The notes below the pieces were generated by a model. That model ran no database searches. It saw only the letters and a program-made list of their open reading frames with translations, and was not told where the DNA came from. A DNA stretch of 64,000 nt from positions 14,276 through 78,275 of IMG/VR virus record IMGVR_UViG_3300020474_001461, one strand, 5' to 3'. Below, piece after piece: positions 8,943 through 19,139 of this stretch. Each line of letters begins with the position of its first letter. Position 1 is the first letter of the stretch. A program made the translations under genes and the position numbers. This DNA is from a virus.

Positions 8943-9263
8943 TTATTTCCTCTTTTTACGACCTGCACAATGAGCTTTTTGAGAAAAACCTTTTGGATTG
9001 TTACAGTCTATTGATTTTTTATATTTGTCTGACCATTTCTCATCAATCTTTTTGATGAGTTCTTCTAACTGTTTGTATAAGGATTCCTTTTTACTTGGAA
9101 GTCCTTTATGTTTAGTTGAAGCATATTTTTTAATATCTGACTTGGACATTCTCTTAGCCGTATCTCTAACATCTTTAGAAACATCAGATGGTTTTACATC
9201 ACCTTTTTTCAAAGCATATACAAGACCCATATATTTCTGTTGTTGTTTACTTGTTGACGGCAT
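8943..9263 (-). CDS. DUF3008-like basic protein, probable head protein
   Basis: PSTSKQQQKYMG...ASTKHKGLP plus EKWSDKYKKSIDCNNPKGFSQKAHC module; late motif and SD upstream. Confidence 0.6.
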   Translation of the reverse strand: MPSTSKQQQKYMGLVYALKKGDVKPSDVSKDVRDTAKRMSKSDIKKYASTKHKGLPSKKESLYKQLEELIKKIDEKWSDKYKKSIDCNNPKGFSQKAHCAGRKKRK

Positions 9264-9275
9264 AAAATCTCCTTA

Positions 9276-9467
9276 CTAATAAATATGGACAAATTCTAAT
9301 GGAATGGTCCATTTCATATCAAAAGGGTCGTTAACGTCTACTTCGCCCTTTTGTTCGTTGAGTGATAAAAGAGTCACTTTCTCTCCCTCTACGAGACTCC
9401 CCCTGAAATTCGAGAAAGTTTTGGTCATTATTATTTTTTTTCCTACGTTTTCTTTTAATTTGTTCAT
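9276..9467 (-). CDS. small beta-rich hypothetical protein (start 9467 or 9428)
   Basis: ORF with SH3-like pattern; overlaps 9331-9531 in another frame. Confidence 0.45.
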   Translation of the reverse strand: MNKLKENVGKKIIMTKTFSNFRGSLVEGEKVTLLSLNEQKGEVDVNDPFDMKWTIPLEFVHIY

Positions 9468-9531
9468 AGTGTTCGTTCTCATAATATTCATCATCATCGA
9501 AGTCTATACTCCGAATATCAATCTTACCCAT
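9331..9531 (-). CDS. small charged hypothetical protein
   Basis: Coupled to the upstream gene; acidic then basic tract. Confidence 0.45.
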   Translation of the reverse strand: MGKIDIRSIDFDDDEYYENEHYEQIKRKRRKKNNNDQNFLEFQGESRRGRESDSFITQRTKGRSRR

Positions 9532-9769
9532 TTTTAATTACCTTTAAGTTTTTGATTTTATCTAAGAATTCTTCTACAGAATAGTTTTTGTTTTGTTCAT
9601 CTTTAATTTTGACTTCTGTAAGTGTATCAGGATACTTTTCTACCAATCTTTCAAGAATTCCAAACCCTTCTTCAGTCCAAAAATTCTTGAACGAAACTTC
9701 ACCTAAGATGTTTGTTGAATAGTCAACATCTTCTTCTGTATCTTCTGGCAGTAGTATAAAGTATCTCAT
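9524..9769 (-). CDS. hypothetical protein
   Basis: Coupled ORF (ATGA overlap). Confidence 0.6.
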   Translation of the reverse strand: MRYFILLPEDTEEDVDYSTNILGEVSFKNFWTEEGFGILERLVEKYPDTLTEVKIKDEQNKNYSVEEFLDKIKNLKVIKNG

Positions 9770-10944
9770 AGTTTTATCAACTCATTTTCATAGTATTTTA
9801 TTTTATTAACCTTTATATTAAATATGTCCAATTCAAACTCTCCGATTTCAATTTCGTTAGAATCAAAGATTTCTGCCCACTTTTGGATGTATGTAAACGA
9901 TTGATTTGAAAGTCTATTTGCGTCAAAACTTATCTCAATATCTGAATCAATATCTACATTTATTCTTTTAGTTAAATCAAACTGAGTATTTGGTTGTTCC
10001 AATTTTATATAACTCTCAATGATATCTTTTGGTAAATCTGTAACAATTCTATCACACCAAGGTTCTAAAATATTTAACATTTGTGAATTACAGTTCTCTA
10101 CATTAAACTGAATATCGTATTTATGTGGAACCTCAGGTAACATAAATTCATCATGTTTTACAAAATGACCCCATTTTCTAATAAAATTCCTTGTTGACCT
10201 CTGATTTTGTTTTAACCATTCATCTGATTCTTTACCTACTTCAGTTAATGTTGGATTGAATCTTGACCCTCTACAAGTCATGTGATATACAAACCCGTCC
10301 CAAACTTGAATCAAATCATATCCATTTAGTAAAAATCTATTAAATATATCAGAATCCTCTTTTGATTGTGGTGCATACAAAGGGTCGTGTCCACCGATTG
10401 ATGTAAAGTCTTCTTTATATAAAAACCAAGGTGCAAATATACCTTTTGTAATTTTAGTTTTACTTGTAAACTTAGGAATCTCTATAAGAAGTTCTTCTTC
10501 CAAGAAATCTTCTGGCTCAGTTTTACCGTCCCAAAGAATTTTTTCAGGACCATCAGGATGTAGTGGTGGTTCAATACGAGTCCAAGAAACTACTGTTTTT
10601 GGTTTTAGATTCTTTATCAATGATTCTAATGCGCCTGGACAAAGGTACATATCTGCGTGATAGATTCCAACAACTTTTGTAGTTGCTACTTCATTAATCA
10701 ATCTATCATATAAGATTGTATGTCCTAATCTTGTAGGTCCATCATTTCTAATAGCTTTGAAGTTTGGGTCTTTCTTCATCATCTCTTGACACCATTCCCA
10801 AGTTCCATCTGAACTAAAGTCGTCCGCTACACAAATGTGTGGTTCAGGACCACCATTTTTTCTAATTGATTCGTATGACCACTTTAGATACTTTAAATTA
10901 TCTCTTGATGGTTGAATAAAACTAATATCACTTTTAGTTAACAT
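9766..10944 (-). CDS. GT2-family glycosyltransferase
   Basis: ADDFSSDGT, HADM, GGHDP...EDSD. Confidence 0.85.
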   Translation of the reverse strand: MLTKSDISFIQPSRDNLKYLKWSYESIRKNGGPEPHICVADDFSSDGTWEWCQEMMKKDPNFKAIRNDGPTRLGHTILYDRLINEVATTKVVGIYHADMYLCPGALESLIKNLKPKTVVSWTRIEPPLHPDGPEKILWDGKTEPEDFLEEELLIEIPKFTSKTKITKGIFAPWFLYKEDFTSIGGHDPLYAPQSKEDSDIFNRFLLNGYDLIQVWDGFVYHMTCRGSRFNPTLTEVGKESDEWLKQNQRSTRNFIRKWGHFVKHDEFMLPEVPHKYDIQFNVENCNSQMLNILEPWCDRIVTDLPKDIIESYIKLEQPNTQFDLTKRINVDIDSDIEISFDANRLSNQSFTYIQKWAEIFDSNEIEIGEFELDIFNIKVNKIKYYENELIKL

Positions 10945-11755
10945 AATCTTTTACCTTTTTAATTAAATCATCATATGTTTTCACATGATTTATTTTTTGA
11001 CCTGAAAGTTTAGGAAAGAAGGTTTCATACGCTTTATGTTTCACTTCATAACCCTCGACACCATAAATGATACCTTGTCCACCAAAATACGCACTCAAGG
11101 CAGAGTTACCACCTTGAGTTGATATAAAATGATTACAATTTGACATTACTGCCATTTGTGTGGTGTTGTAATCTAAGTTATATTCTTCTGCGTAATTTTG
11201 CATGGTCGGAATACTCATCTCTCTTACCAATTCTCTATCTCCGAATTCTTCTTGTGGTGTATCATCATTTACTATATTATTTGTATATGGTCTATTGTAA
11301 ATAATATTAAATTTATCTTTACATAATTCAAATATCCATCTTAGTACATCGACACTAAGATAGTTTACAGGACCTCGTCCCCATTCATTTTGAATTTTAT
11401 TTGAAACCACTAAAAATGGTTTATCTTTTTTTATTTGGAATCGTTCTAAATAATATGATTTCAAATCAGGTGGTGACCATTTGTCTTCCCACATCAGTTT
11501 ATCACCAACAACAGGTCTTGAAAAAACACCTGCTACATGATTATGTGGTCTGTAATAAGATTTACCATCGATTACTAATTCAAAAAAAGTATGTCTACTC
11601 TTATACTTTTCAGTTACTTTTATGTTTGGATACAATAAAGACGAACCCTTCGCTGATATAACTTCAACATCATGTCCTTGTTCTTTATACCAATTTACTA
11701 AAGGTAATCCTGCGAACAACTCGTAACCAAATTCACCACTAATCTCAAACTTCAT
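10934..11755 (-). CDS. putative GT-B glycosyltransferase
   Basis: GEFGYEL N-terminal loop, CNHFISTQGGNS C-terminal motif; glycan island context. Confidence 0.5.
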   Translation of the reverse strand: MKFEISGEFGYELFAGLPLVNWYKEQGHDVEVISAKGSSLLYPNIKVTEKYKSRHTFFELVIDGKSYYRPHNHVAGVFSRPVVGDKLMWEDKWSPPDLKSYYLERFQIKKDKPFLVVSNKIQNEWGRGPVNYLSVDVLRWIFELCKDKFNIIYNRPYTNNIVNDDTPQEEFGDRELVREMSIPTMQNYAEEYNLDYNTTQMAVMSNCNHFISTQGGNSALSAYFGGQGIIYGVEGYEVKHKAYETFFPKLSGQKINHVKTYDDLIKKVKDYVN

Positions 11756-12611
11756 ATAATTCTTTTATATATTGTTCTAATCTATCTTCAGGTTTCCAAC
11801 TGAGTCTTGATATTGCTTCATCATTCTCTCTAAGTGTTTCTCTGTAGTTACCATATTGGTCTTCTACATATTCTTTAGAACCACCACCGTATTTAATAAA
11901 CCAATCAGATACTTCGTTTATACTGTAATTCTTTCCACATCCTAATTCCCATGCGTCTTCGTGTTTATGAGCAAAGAATCCTACTTTTATTAGTCCATCT
12001 ACAATATCAACTACATGAGTAAAATCTCTTCTTTGTTCACCATCACCAACGATTGTTAATGGTTGGTCGTCTTCTATTTGTCGTCTCCAAATACCAATAA
12101 CTGCTGCCCAATCACCTTCAATAACTTCATATGGTCCATACACATTGTAAAATCTACAAATCTCTATATCCATATTATATGTTTTTTTATACATCTTACA
12201 AACCTCTTCACCAAGATACTTACACGCGGCGTATGGTGATTGATATGGGTCATGATGTTTTGATGATGAACCTGCATAAACTACTTTTGTGTTTGTCTTT
12301 CTTGCAAACTCTAAAATCTTTTGAGTCCCACCTGTATTTACATTAAATGTATATGATGGATTTTTAAATGATGGTTGTATTCTTGATAACCCTGCTAAGT
12401 GATAAATCAAATCAAACTCTGAAAATTCAAGGTCGTGGTATCTATCAAAGTCTACAACAGACATTTCGATGTATTTACAACCCTGTATGTGATTTTCTTT
12501 ATGTCCTGTAGAGTAATCATCAACTGATGTTACACTATGTCCTTCTTCAATCAATCTTTCAATCAAGTTTGTTCCTACAAAACCTGCTCCACCTGTTACT
12601 AATATATTCAT
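11745..12611 (-). CDS. NAD-dependent sugar epimerase/dehydratase (extended SDR)
   Basis: TGGAGFVG, YAACK, NVYGP, RDFTHV. Confidence 0.9.
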   Translation of the reverse strand: MNILVTGGAGFVGTNLIERLIEEGHSVTSVDDYSTGHKENHIQGCKYIEMSVVDFDRYHDLEFSEFDLIYHLAGLSRIQPSFKNPSYTFNVNTGGTQKILEFARKTNTKVVYAGSSSKHHDPYQSPYAACKYLGEEVCKMYKKTYNMDIEICRFYNVYGPYEVIEGDWAAVIGIWRRQIEDDQPLTIVGDGEQRRDFTHVVDIVDGLIKVGFFAHKHEDAWELGCGKNYSINEVSDWFIKYGGGSKEYVEDQYGNYRETLRENDEAISRLSWKPEDRLEQYIKELYEV

Positions 12612-13507
12612 AATAATGGTATCCTATTAGGGTTATTTGTTCCTTCTATTGGTTTTACAAAAGTTTGGTCGTCACTATCAGGTAACCTACCCCACTTGTT
12701 AATAAACTTTCTTGCGTTTTTTGATTCTGATTCCTGTTGTCTTTTAGATTTAGAATTCAGTTTATCTTTTGCTTCATCTCTAAAATGAGAACCTCTTGCT
12801 GAAAAATGATATACAATTGACTTGGATGACATAATAAACTTATATCCTTCTAATTGCATTCTAATAAACAAATCCATATCATCATATGACGCAGGTGCGA
12901 ATAGTGGGTCGTTACCACCAATCCAAACATAGTCTTCTTTTTTACAGAAGAATCCTGCTCCACCACCTTTTCTTACACGAGTCTCATCCATTGATGAAAG
13001 TTTCTGAGACCAATCATCAAACCACTCCTTGTCAAAGTTATGATGGAATTCACCAAACTCATCTGTTGATACAAATACAGTTCCTGGCCTATAATCAGGG
13101 TCATTTGGAAATATCTTAGGTTGGATTCTAAATGATGATGCGATTATTCTATCAACTCCATCACCTTCTTCTACAATCTTTTGTAACTCTAAATCTTGAT
13201 TTGGTGATATCCACATATCAGAGTGGATTATATTTACATACTCGGTTTCTGATTTGTCAACACAAAAGTCCATACCACCACCAATTCCTCTTGGTACATC
13301 ATTGTGTTCTATAAAACCTTTTAGATTCTTATCCTCTTGCATTAGATTAAGTAACCATTCATCTGTACCATCAGTACAATTCTCTGCGTGAATCACAATC
13401 GGTTGGTCTTTGTAATATGCATTCTTTCTTACCGATTCGTAAGCAAGTTTTACATAATCAAGATTATTATTTGTTGATATACAAGTTGTTATTGGACTTT
13501 TTCCCAT
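12608..13507 (-). CDS. GT2-family glycosyltransferase
   Basis: ENCTDGT, HSDM, GGND...DDMD. Confidence 0.8.
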   Translation of the reverse strand: MGKSPITTCISTNNNLDYVKLAYESVRKNAYYKDQPIVIHAENCTDGTDEWLLNLMQEDKNLKGFIEHNDVPRGIGGGMDFCVDKSETEYVNIIHSDMWISPNQDLELQKIVEEGDGVDRIIASSFRIQPKIFPNDPDYRPGTVFVSTDEFGEFHHNFDKEWFDDWSQKLSSMDETRVRKGGGAGFFCKKEDYVWIGGNDPLFAPASYDDMDLFIRMQLEGYKFIMSSKSIVYHFSARGSHFRDEAKDKLNSKSKRQQESESKNARKFINKWGRLPDSDDQTFVKPIEGTNNPNRIPLL

Positions 13508-14472
13508 ACGTCTTTCCAATTAAAGTTTCTTCCCTGTTTCATAAAGTTATACGCGTTCAACTTTGACATTTCACTCGCTACTTTATACCAATTATTTGAT
13601 TTTCGTTGTTCATTAATATCATCCCCAACCTCATCCTGTACATATAATCTTTTCTTTGGATGTTCTCTATTATGAACTAACAATATATTCTTTACAATAT
13701 ACAAAGGAATTTGATTATTTCCAAATAATGTTAACATTTTATTCATTAATGCTGTATCTTCGTGAGTAAAGAATACACATTTAGGTATATTTACCCCACT
13801 TCTTACAAGTTCAGATGACATTACTAATCCACATCCATTAAATTTATAATCATATGTTGATTCTATATGTGGTGATTCAGTTTCAGAGTTTATCTCTTCC
13901 ATTTTATCATAACCCATATAACATCTTGTTCCATACCACGCATGTGCGTCTCTTGGTAAATCAGTTAATTTTGGGTGTTCCAATGGTTTCCACGAATCAT
14001 CCCACATTTTACAAGTAGAAAAGAATCCTAAATACTTTGGAGTTTGTTCTTTTACTGCTTCATGTAATGATAACATAGTTTCAATCGCCTGTGATGGTAC
14101 TAACATATCAGACTCACCCCAAAATAGTATATCTACTTTTTCACAATAATGTTCATTAAAATCTCTTCTGTAATCTGCGATGGTATATAAGTTTTGTTCG
14201 GCTCTCATATCTAACTGATAACCCTTATTTAGAATCTTAGTACAAATTTTTGAAAACTTTTCTCTAATGTAGTACATAGGTGTTACATCATTTGTTAAGA
14301 ATTTTTCTCGTAAAAAATTTCTTGACATTTTTTCTAAATCTTGATTTGTAACCAAACATAAATCAATTAAGACCTTATCTTTTTGGTTACCTATTGATTT
14401 GACTAAGGAATCTAAATATTCCTCGACCATATCAATCTCATACCACTGTACTAAACAACCTACTGCTATCAT
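13489..14472 (-). CDS. putative GT-A glycosyltransferase
   Basis: WGESDM DxD-like motif, HEDTA; island context. Confidence 0.55.
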   Translation of the reverse strand: MIAVGCLVQWYEIDMVEEYLDSLVKSIGNQKDKVLIDLCLVTNQDLEKMSRNFLREKFLTNDVTPMYYIREKFSKICTKILNKGYQLDMRAEQNLYTIADYRRDFNEHYCEKVDILFWGESDMLVPSQAIETMLSLHEAVKEQTPKYLGFFSTCKMWDDSWKPLEHPKLTDLPRDAHAWYGTRCYMGYDKMEEINSETESPHIESTYDYKFNGCGLVMSSELVRSGVNIPKCVFFTHEDTALMNKMLTLFGNNQIPLYIVKNILLVHNREHPKKRLYVQDEVGDDINEQRKSNNWYKVASEMSKLNAYNFMKQGRNFNWKDVWEKVQ

Positions 14473-15290
14473 ATCTCTACTCTTGGAATTCCTTCATAGC
14501 CAGGATTTCTATCAGAATTAATTTCCCATTGAATACCTTGTTCTTTCAACCAATAGTAAATACCTTTTGATGCTTTTGCTACTGATTGTATTTCTCTTGG
14601 ACCCATTGATGTTTTTGCATACACAATCTTTTCGTGTTCATCACCATAAAAGTGTTCTTGAAATACTCTTTGTGTATCATCTTCAGTTCCTTTTTCAAAA
14701 GTTGATAAATCACCAATATCCCAACCAATAGTTACTATCTTTTTACAACCTAAATACATTGCTAATGGAAGTGCCATTTCATACATAATACCGGGCCCCC
14801 AAGGTTGGTTGAATCCATATTCAGGGTGGTCTAACTTCATAGTATCCCAATCTTCTCTTTCTGATAATGAATGAATCATTTTGTTAGGACCAACCCCACC
14901 ACCCGTATTTGGATTGTTTCTAAATATTGGTATAAAAATATCTGATTCTAAATTATTATCAAAAATCATTTGAGGATGGAATTGTTCAAATATTGCCCAT
15001 GTTATGATTGATTTATTATTTGTCCAATCATATGGTGCAAAGTTACACCAATTTAGTAAATGAAAGTCGGCGACCTCTTTTAAGAAGTCGTAAGACTGTT
15101 TGATAGGTAAACATAGTTTATCTCTTAAGAAGTCTCTAAGTTCTTCTTTTGTGTATCTATTTAGTGATGGACCACCTGCTATTATATATGCAGTTTCACC
15201 TTCATACTGATTCTTTAATACTTTTAATCTGTCTTCGGGTTCTTCTAATTTTAGAAGTTCTTCTCGTAACTTACTTGTTTGTGATTTCAT
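14469..15290 (-). CDS. DUF115/Maf (MptE-like) sialyltransferase-fold protein
   Basis: TAYIIAGGPSL; LAMYLGCKKIVTIGWD; HFY. Confidence 0.7.
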   Translation of the reverse strand: MKSQTSKLREELLKLEEPEDRLKVLKNQYEGETAYIIAGGPSLNRYTKEELRDFLRDKLCLPIKQSYDFLKEVADFHLLNWCNFAPYDWTNNKSIITWAIFEQFHPQMIFDNNLESDIFIPIFRNNPNTGGGVGPNKMIHSLSEREDWDTMKLDHPEYGFNQPWGPGIMYEMALPLAMYLGCKKIVTIGWDIGDLSTFEKGTEDDTQRVFQEHFYGDEHEKIVYAKTSMGPREIQSVAKASKGIYYWLKEQGIQWEINSDRNPGYEGIPRVEI

Positions 15291-15672
15291 TAAATTGTTT
15301 TAATGTCTGTTCCCATGATTCAAACCTAATTCCTCTGTCATCTATATAACAGACTGCTCTTGGTTTTTCACAAGTTATTTCTTTTATATAATTATCAATT
15401 TCATATTTAGTTAACCACTCCCATATTAGTTCTTCACCTGTTTTACCATTTACAAGTGGTCTATCGGGTTTTACTTTTGCAGTAAATAAAACTATATCGT
15501 ACCCTTGAGACTTAAACCACTTGATTGCGTCTAATGAACCCTCAATAGGTGGGTCGTATACAGTTCCATCGTGAAACCCTTTTGAATTACCGTGAACTAC
15601 ACCATCAAAGTCTATTGCGACTTGATAGTTGTTTTCGTGGTGTTGCATTTTATCATACTCATCTATATTCAT
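15271..15672 (-). CDS. HAD-family phosphatase
   Basis: AIDFDGVV, LFTA, EKP, YIDDR. Confidence 0.8.
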   Translation of the reverse strand: MNIDEYDKMQHHENNYQVAIDFDGVVHGNSKGFHDGTVYDPPIEGSLDAIKWFKSQGYDIVLFTAKVKPDRPLVNGKTGEELIWEWLTKYEIDNYIKEITCEKPRAVCYIDDRGIRFESWEQTLKQFNEITNK

Positions 15673-16355
15673 TTTGTCCTTTTATTGAAAACATCACCCT
15701 TTCTATATGAGTAAGAACCATATATAAACTTTCTTGGTGAGTTTGTATTAAACTGTTTAGAGACTGAATGATATGAATCAGGAGTAGATAAGAAAAATAC
15801 TCCTTTGTTTTTCTTTGCTTCTATTGTTTTATGTACAGGTAATGCTTTTAAATCCCATATTTGTTGGTCTAATTTACTTAGACTGTCAGACGAGTGGATT
15901 AAAAAATCACCACCTTCCCAATCCTTATCATTAAAGAATATTAAGAAGTTCCAAATTCTTTTATCTGTGTCTCTGTGAATCTCCCTCACATATCCGTCTG
16001 TTGCAGAAGACCAATCGATATGTAAAAAACTATCGGTCTTCAATGAACTATCACCTGTGATAACACTTCCCCAATCTTTCAACTCATCATCATAATAGTT
16101 GACAAAACTATGGAATACATTATCATCATTTAGATATTCATAAAACTTTTTCCAAGTAGGCGCAGTTTCTATCCAAGACGGAAACTTTGAACTATTTGAA
16201 TTCATCTTTTTTCTACCACCCATCACTGTTCCTTCTGAAGATACATCAGGGAACTCTTGTATAAGATTCTCAAGTGTTTCTTCGTCAAAACAATTTTCTA
16301 CCTCTATAATAGGGTATGGATAGTCAGTAGAATTTCCTTCGTTAAAATTAATCAT
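15669..16355 (-). CDS. 2OG-Fe(II) oxygenase
   Basis: IHRD...GGDF...YHSV...RKFIY. Confidence 0.8.
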   Translation of the reverse strand: MINFNEGNSTDYPYPIIEVENCFDEETLENLIQEFPDVSSEGTVMGGRKKMNSNSSKFPSWIETAPTWKKFYEYLNDDNVFHSFVNYYDDELKDWGSVITGDSSLKTDSFLHIDWSSATDGYVREIHRDTDKRIWNFLIFFNDKDWEGGDFLIHSSDSLSKLDQQIWDLKALPVHKTIEAKKNKGVFFLSTPDSYHSVSKQFNTNSPRKFIYGSYSYRKGDVFNKRTK

Positions 16356-16740
16356 ATTTTTGATATATTTTTTCTTCAAAGAATTCTGAATTTAGTAAAT
16401 GGTTTATTTCTTTCTTCTCTGCTGCTCTTCTGTCATTTGTGTAATAAACCGCTCTTGCGTATTCAATGAATTCTTCATTAAACAATTTCTCTTTTTCTAA
16501 TAATCTAACTGAATCTTCTATAACCCACATTTGACCATTTGTCTTTTTGAGTCTACTATAGATTTCTTTCAGTTCATCTCCACCATTATCCCAAAATGGT
16601 TTCAATTTATCTTGTAAATAATTAAGTTCATTTTGAATGTTCTCTCTCTGAACTTCATCTTTTACATTTTCAAGTTTTATTTCAAGGATTGATAACTTAT
16701 CGAATGCGTCACCAATCGGTGTTTTAATTTCTATCGCCAT
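16348..16740 (-). CDS. DUF6165-like helical protein
   Basis: GDAFDKLSILEIK...WVIEDSVR...ARAVYYTNDRR...EEKIY. Confidence 0.65.
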   Translation of the reverse strand: MAIEIKTPIGDAFDKLSILEIKLENVKDEVQRENIQNELNYLQDKLKPFWDNGGDELKEIYSRLKKTNGQMWVIEDSVRLLEKEKLFNEEFIEYARAVYYTNDRRAAEKKEINHLLNSEFFEEKIYQKYD

Positions 16741-17659
16741 ATTTTAACATTTTATTTATTCCGTCTTCTAAACATACAAAATTTTCATAACCTATACAAC
16801 TTTTTAACTTAAAAAGTGATGGTTTTCTCCATTTTGTATCGTTAGACCACGCAGGTTTGTACTCTACTTTAAATTCTTTATCCATTATTTGATGTATAAC
16901 CATCGCCAAATCATGAATAGTAATCTCTTCATCAAATCCAACATTTACTATTTCGTTAGATGTTTTCAAAATTAAATCAGAAACAATATTAGCATGGTCT
17001 GTCACATAACAAAAAGACCTTGTTTGATTTCCATCACCATATAAGTAAAAATCTTCATCTGATTTGATTCTTTCAATAAACTCAGGAATCACTTGACCAT
17101 AACCACCTGTTGCCATTCTTGGACCATAAGTGTTAAAAGGTCTAACTATCAAATACTCTTTTCTTTTTTCATCTGCCCATAATCTTACTAAGAACTCACC
17201 CATACCTTTTGAAGACGCGTAAGAGTCTCTATTTGCAGATGGATGTAAAATCATAGGTTCTGTTTCTTCAGTTGGAACAATTGGTGATGGTCCATAAATT
17301 TCAGATGATGACGCATATACTACTTTTGTTACTGAAGGTGTACATGCGTTCAATACATTCTGAGTCATTAAGATATTATGATTACAGACTTTAAATGGAA
17401 TATCATAAAAATATCGTGTTCCATTTATTGCTGCGTAGTGAACAACTACATCGAACTGATGTTCTAACATAAATTCTTTTATTGGTTCACTATAAACTAA
17501 GTCTAACTCTTTGAATGTAAAGTTTTCATGAGTTGGTAAGTTACTTACCTTTCCTCTGAAAAAGTTATCTACTCCAACGACTTCGTGACCACCATCTAAT
17601 AATGAATCACAAAGATGTGAACCTAAGAATCCTGCTGCTCCTGTTACTAATATTTTCAT
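16724..17659 (-). CDS. UDP-glucuronate decarboxylase-like extended SDR
   Basis: TGAAGFLGSHL, ASSSEIYG, YASSK, FNTYGPRM, QTRSFCYV. Confidence 0.85.
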   Translation of the reverse strand: MKILVTGAAGFLGSHLCDSLLDGGHEVVGVDNFFRGKVSNLPTHENFTFKELDLVYSEPIKEFMLEHQFDVVVHYAAINGTRYFYDIPFKVCNHNILMTQNVLNACTPSVTKVVYASSSEIYGPSPIVPTEETEPMILHPSANRDSYASSKGMGEFLVRLWADEKRKEYLIVRPFNTYGPRMATGGYGQVIPEFIERIKSDEDFYLYGDGNQTRSFCYVTDHANIVSDLILKTSNEIVNVGFDEEITIHDLAMVIHQIMDKEFKVEYKPAWSNDTKWRKPSLFKLKSCIGYENFVCLEDGINKMLKYGDRN

Positions 17660-18459
17660 ATTTCGTATCTCATTCCTTTTGGTACTGTTTTTATAAACTT
17701 ATCATTTTCTTCATCGATAAATCTAAAAATGTCTACATCAATATTATATTTCTTACAGAGCACTTTCATTGCTTTTGTATCTTTAGGAAGACACATTCCA
17801 CCATAACCACCAAACTCTTTATTTACATTTAAGTAATGACCTTCACCAACACCATGAAATAAAAATGCGTCTTTGATTGAATCATAGTTTGCACCAAAAT
17901 GTTCTGCTACTTTATGGAATGAGTTTGCAAATGTGATTCTCATCGCTTTGTATGTATTTGAAAAATACTTCATAAGTTCTGATTCTATGATTGACATCTT
18001 AACTTTGTGGAATGGTAATGAACCGTGTGATTTTACAATCAAATCATAGTTTTCATCACTATCAGTACCAACAACTAAAATATTGTTATTGTATACGAAG
18101 TCTTGATATGCACATCTTTCTCTCAGGAACTCAGGTACAAAACACATATTAAGATTTGGATATTCACTCATCAATCTTTGTGTAGTGCCAGGTTCTATTG
18201 TACTCTTAAGTGCAACAAGACCTTTATATTCTAAATCACTAAGTTGACTTATTACAGAATTTACTGCTGTTAAATCACATTCTTGATTCGGACCTGTAGG
18301 AGTTCCAACTGTGATAAAGTTAATTTCTGTATCTAACGTATCTTCTATTGAAGTCTCAGGTATTTTTATATCATACCCAACCACCTCGTGTCCGATGTAT
18401 TCAAATCCTTTTGATATTGCAGAACCTACTGCTCCGATTCCTATAACTCCTAATTTCAT
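17656..18459 (-). CDS. UDP-glucose/GDP-mannose dehydrogenase family, lacking C-terminal domain
   Basis: GIGAVG, KSTIEPGT, PEFLRE, KYFSN, GGMCLPKD. Confidence 0.85.
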   Translation of the reverse strand: MKLGVIGIGAVGSAISKGFEYIGHEVVGYDIKIPETSIEDTLDTEINFITVGTPTGPNQECDLTAVNSVISQLSDLEYKGLVALKSTIEPGTTQRLMSEYPNLNMCFVPEFLRERCAYQDFVYNNNILVVGTDSDENYDLIVKSHGSLPFHKVKMSIIESELMKYFSNTYKAMRITFANSFHKVAEHFGANYDSIKDAFLFHGVGEGHYLNVNKEFGGYGGMCLPKDTKAMKVLCKKYNIDVDIFRFIDEENDKFIKTVPKGMRYEI

Positions 18460-19139
18460 ATTAGTGTTTCCGATATTTCCCATAAATAATTCCATTTGTT
18501 TTTATGCCATTTTCCGGCTTTTATATATTCTATGATTTGGTGATGTATCATCATAGGGTCAAAGTAATGTTGTTTACAATACAAATGACCGTATAATGGT
18601 ACTTGTGACCCATCTACCACTGAATCTACAAGGTTCATAAAACTTCCCTCATAAACATGAATCTCTTTTGCTTTTTGTAATACTTTAGTGTAATCTAATA
18701 TATGTCCCCATCTACCATCAAGATTTATTACAGGTAAATCAGGATTCTCAAAATAGTTCTGATTGATAGGACTCATTTTTCTAAATACATTATCGTGTGC
18801 TCTTTCGTGTATTATAATATAATCCTCACCGTGTTCTTCAACTAATTTTTCATACAACTTATCTTCTTCTTCAGGTCTTCTGTTCCAAGTTAACTCTCTC
18901 CAATTAGGACCCTCTACTCCATCTATAAAATTTAGTTTAATAGTATTGTCTTTTGCTCCTGTTCCAAACTGAATGTTTTCTGTATCATTATACAATACCT
19001 TAAATAATGGAAGGAGTCTACCTTGTTGAACATCTAAGTAAACCATATCGTATTCTTTACAATACTTTTCTTTAATTACTGATGACAACATAAGTCCGTC
19101 ACCAACACCACCTGCGTGTACTATCCTAATTGCGTTCAT
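18456..19139 (-). CDS. putative glycosyltransferase-like protein
   Basis: GGVGDGL N-terminal loop, AKEIHVYEGSF; island context. Confidence 0.45.
   Translation of the reverse strand: MNAIRIVHAGGVGDGLMLSSVIKEKYCKEYDMVYLDVQQGRLLPLFKVLYNDTENIQFGTGAKDNTIKLNFIDGVEGPNWRELTWNRRPEEEDKLYEKLVEEHGEDYIIIHERAHDNVFRKMSPINQNYFENPDLPVINLDGRWGHILDYTKVLQKAKEIHVYEGSFMNLVDSVVDGSQVPLYGHLYCKQHYFDPMMIHHQIIEYIKAGKWHKNKWNYLWEISETLI

Noticed and set aside
17656-18459. Short UDP-glucose dehydrogenase as a pseudogene
   Set aside because: Catalytic Cys and Lys motifs are intact and the stop is coupled to the next gene, so it looks like a compact variant.
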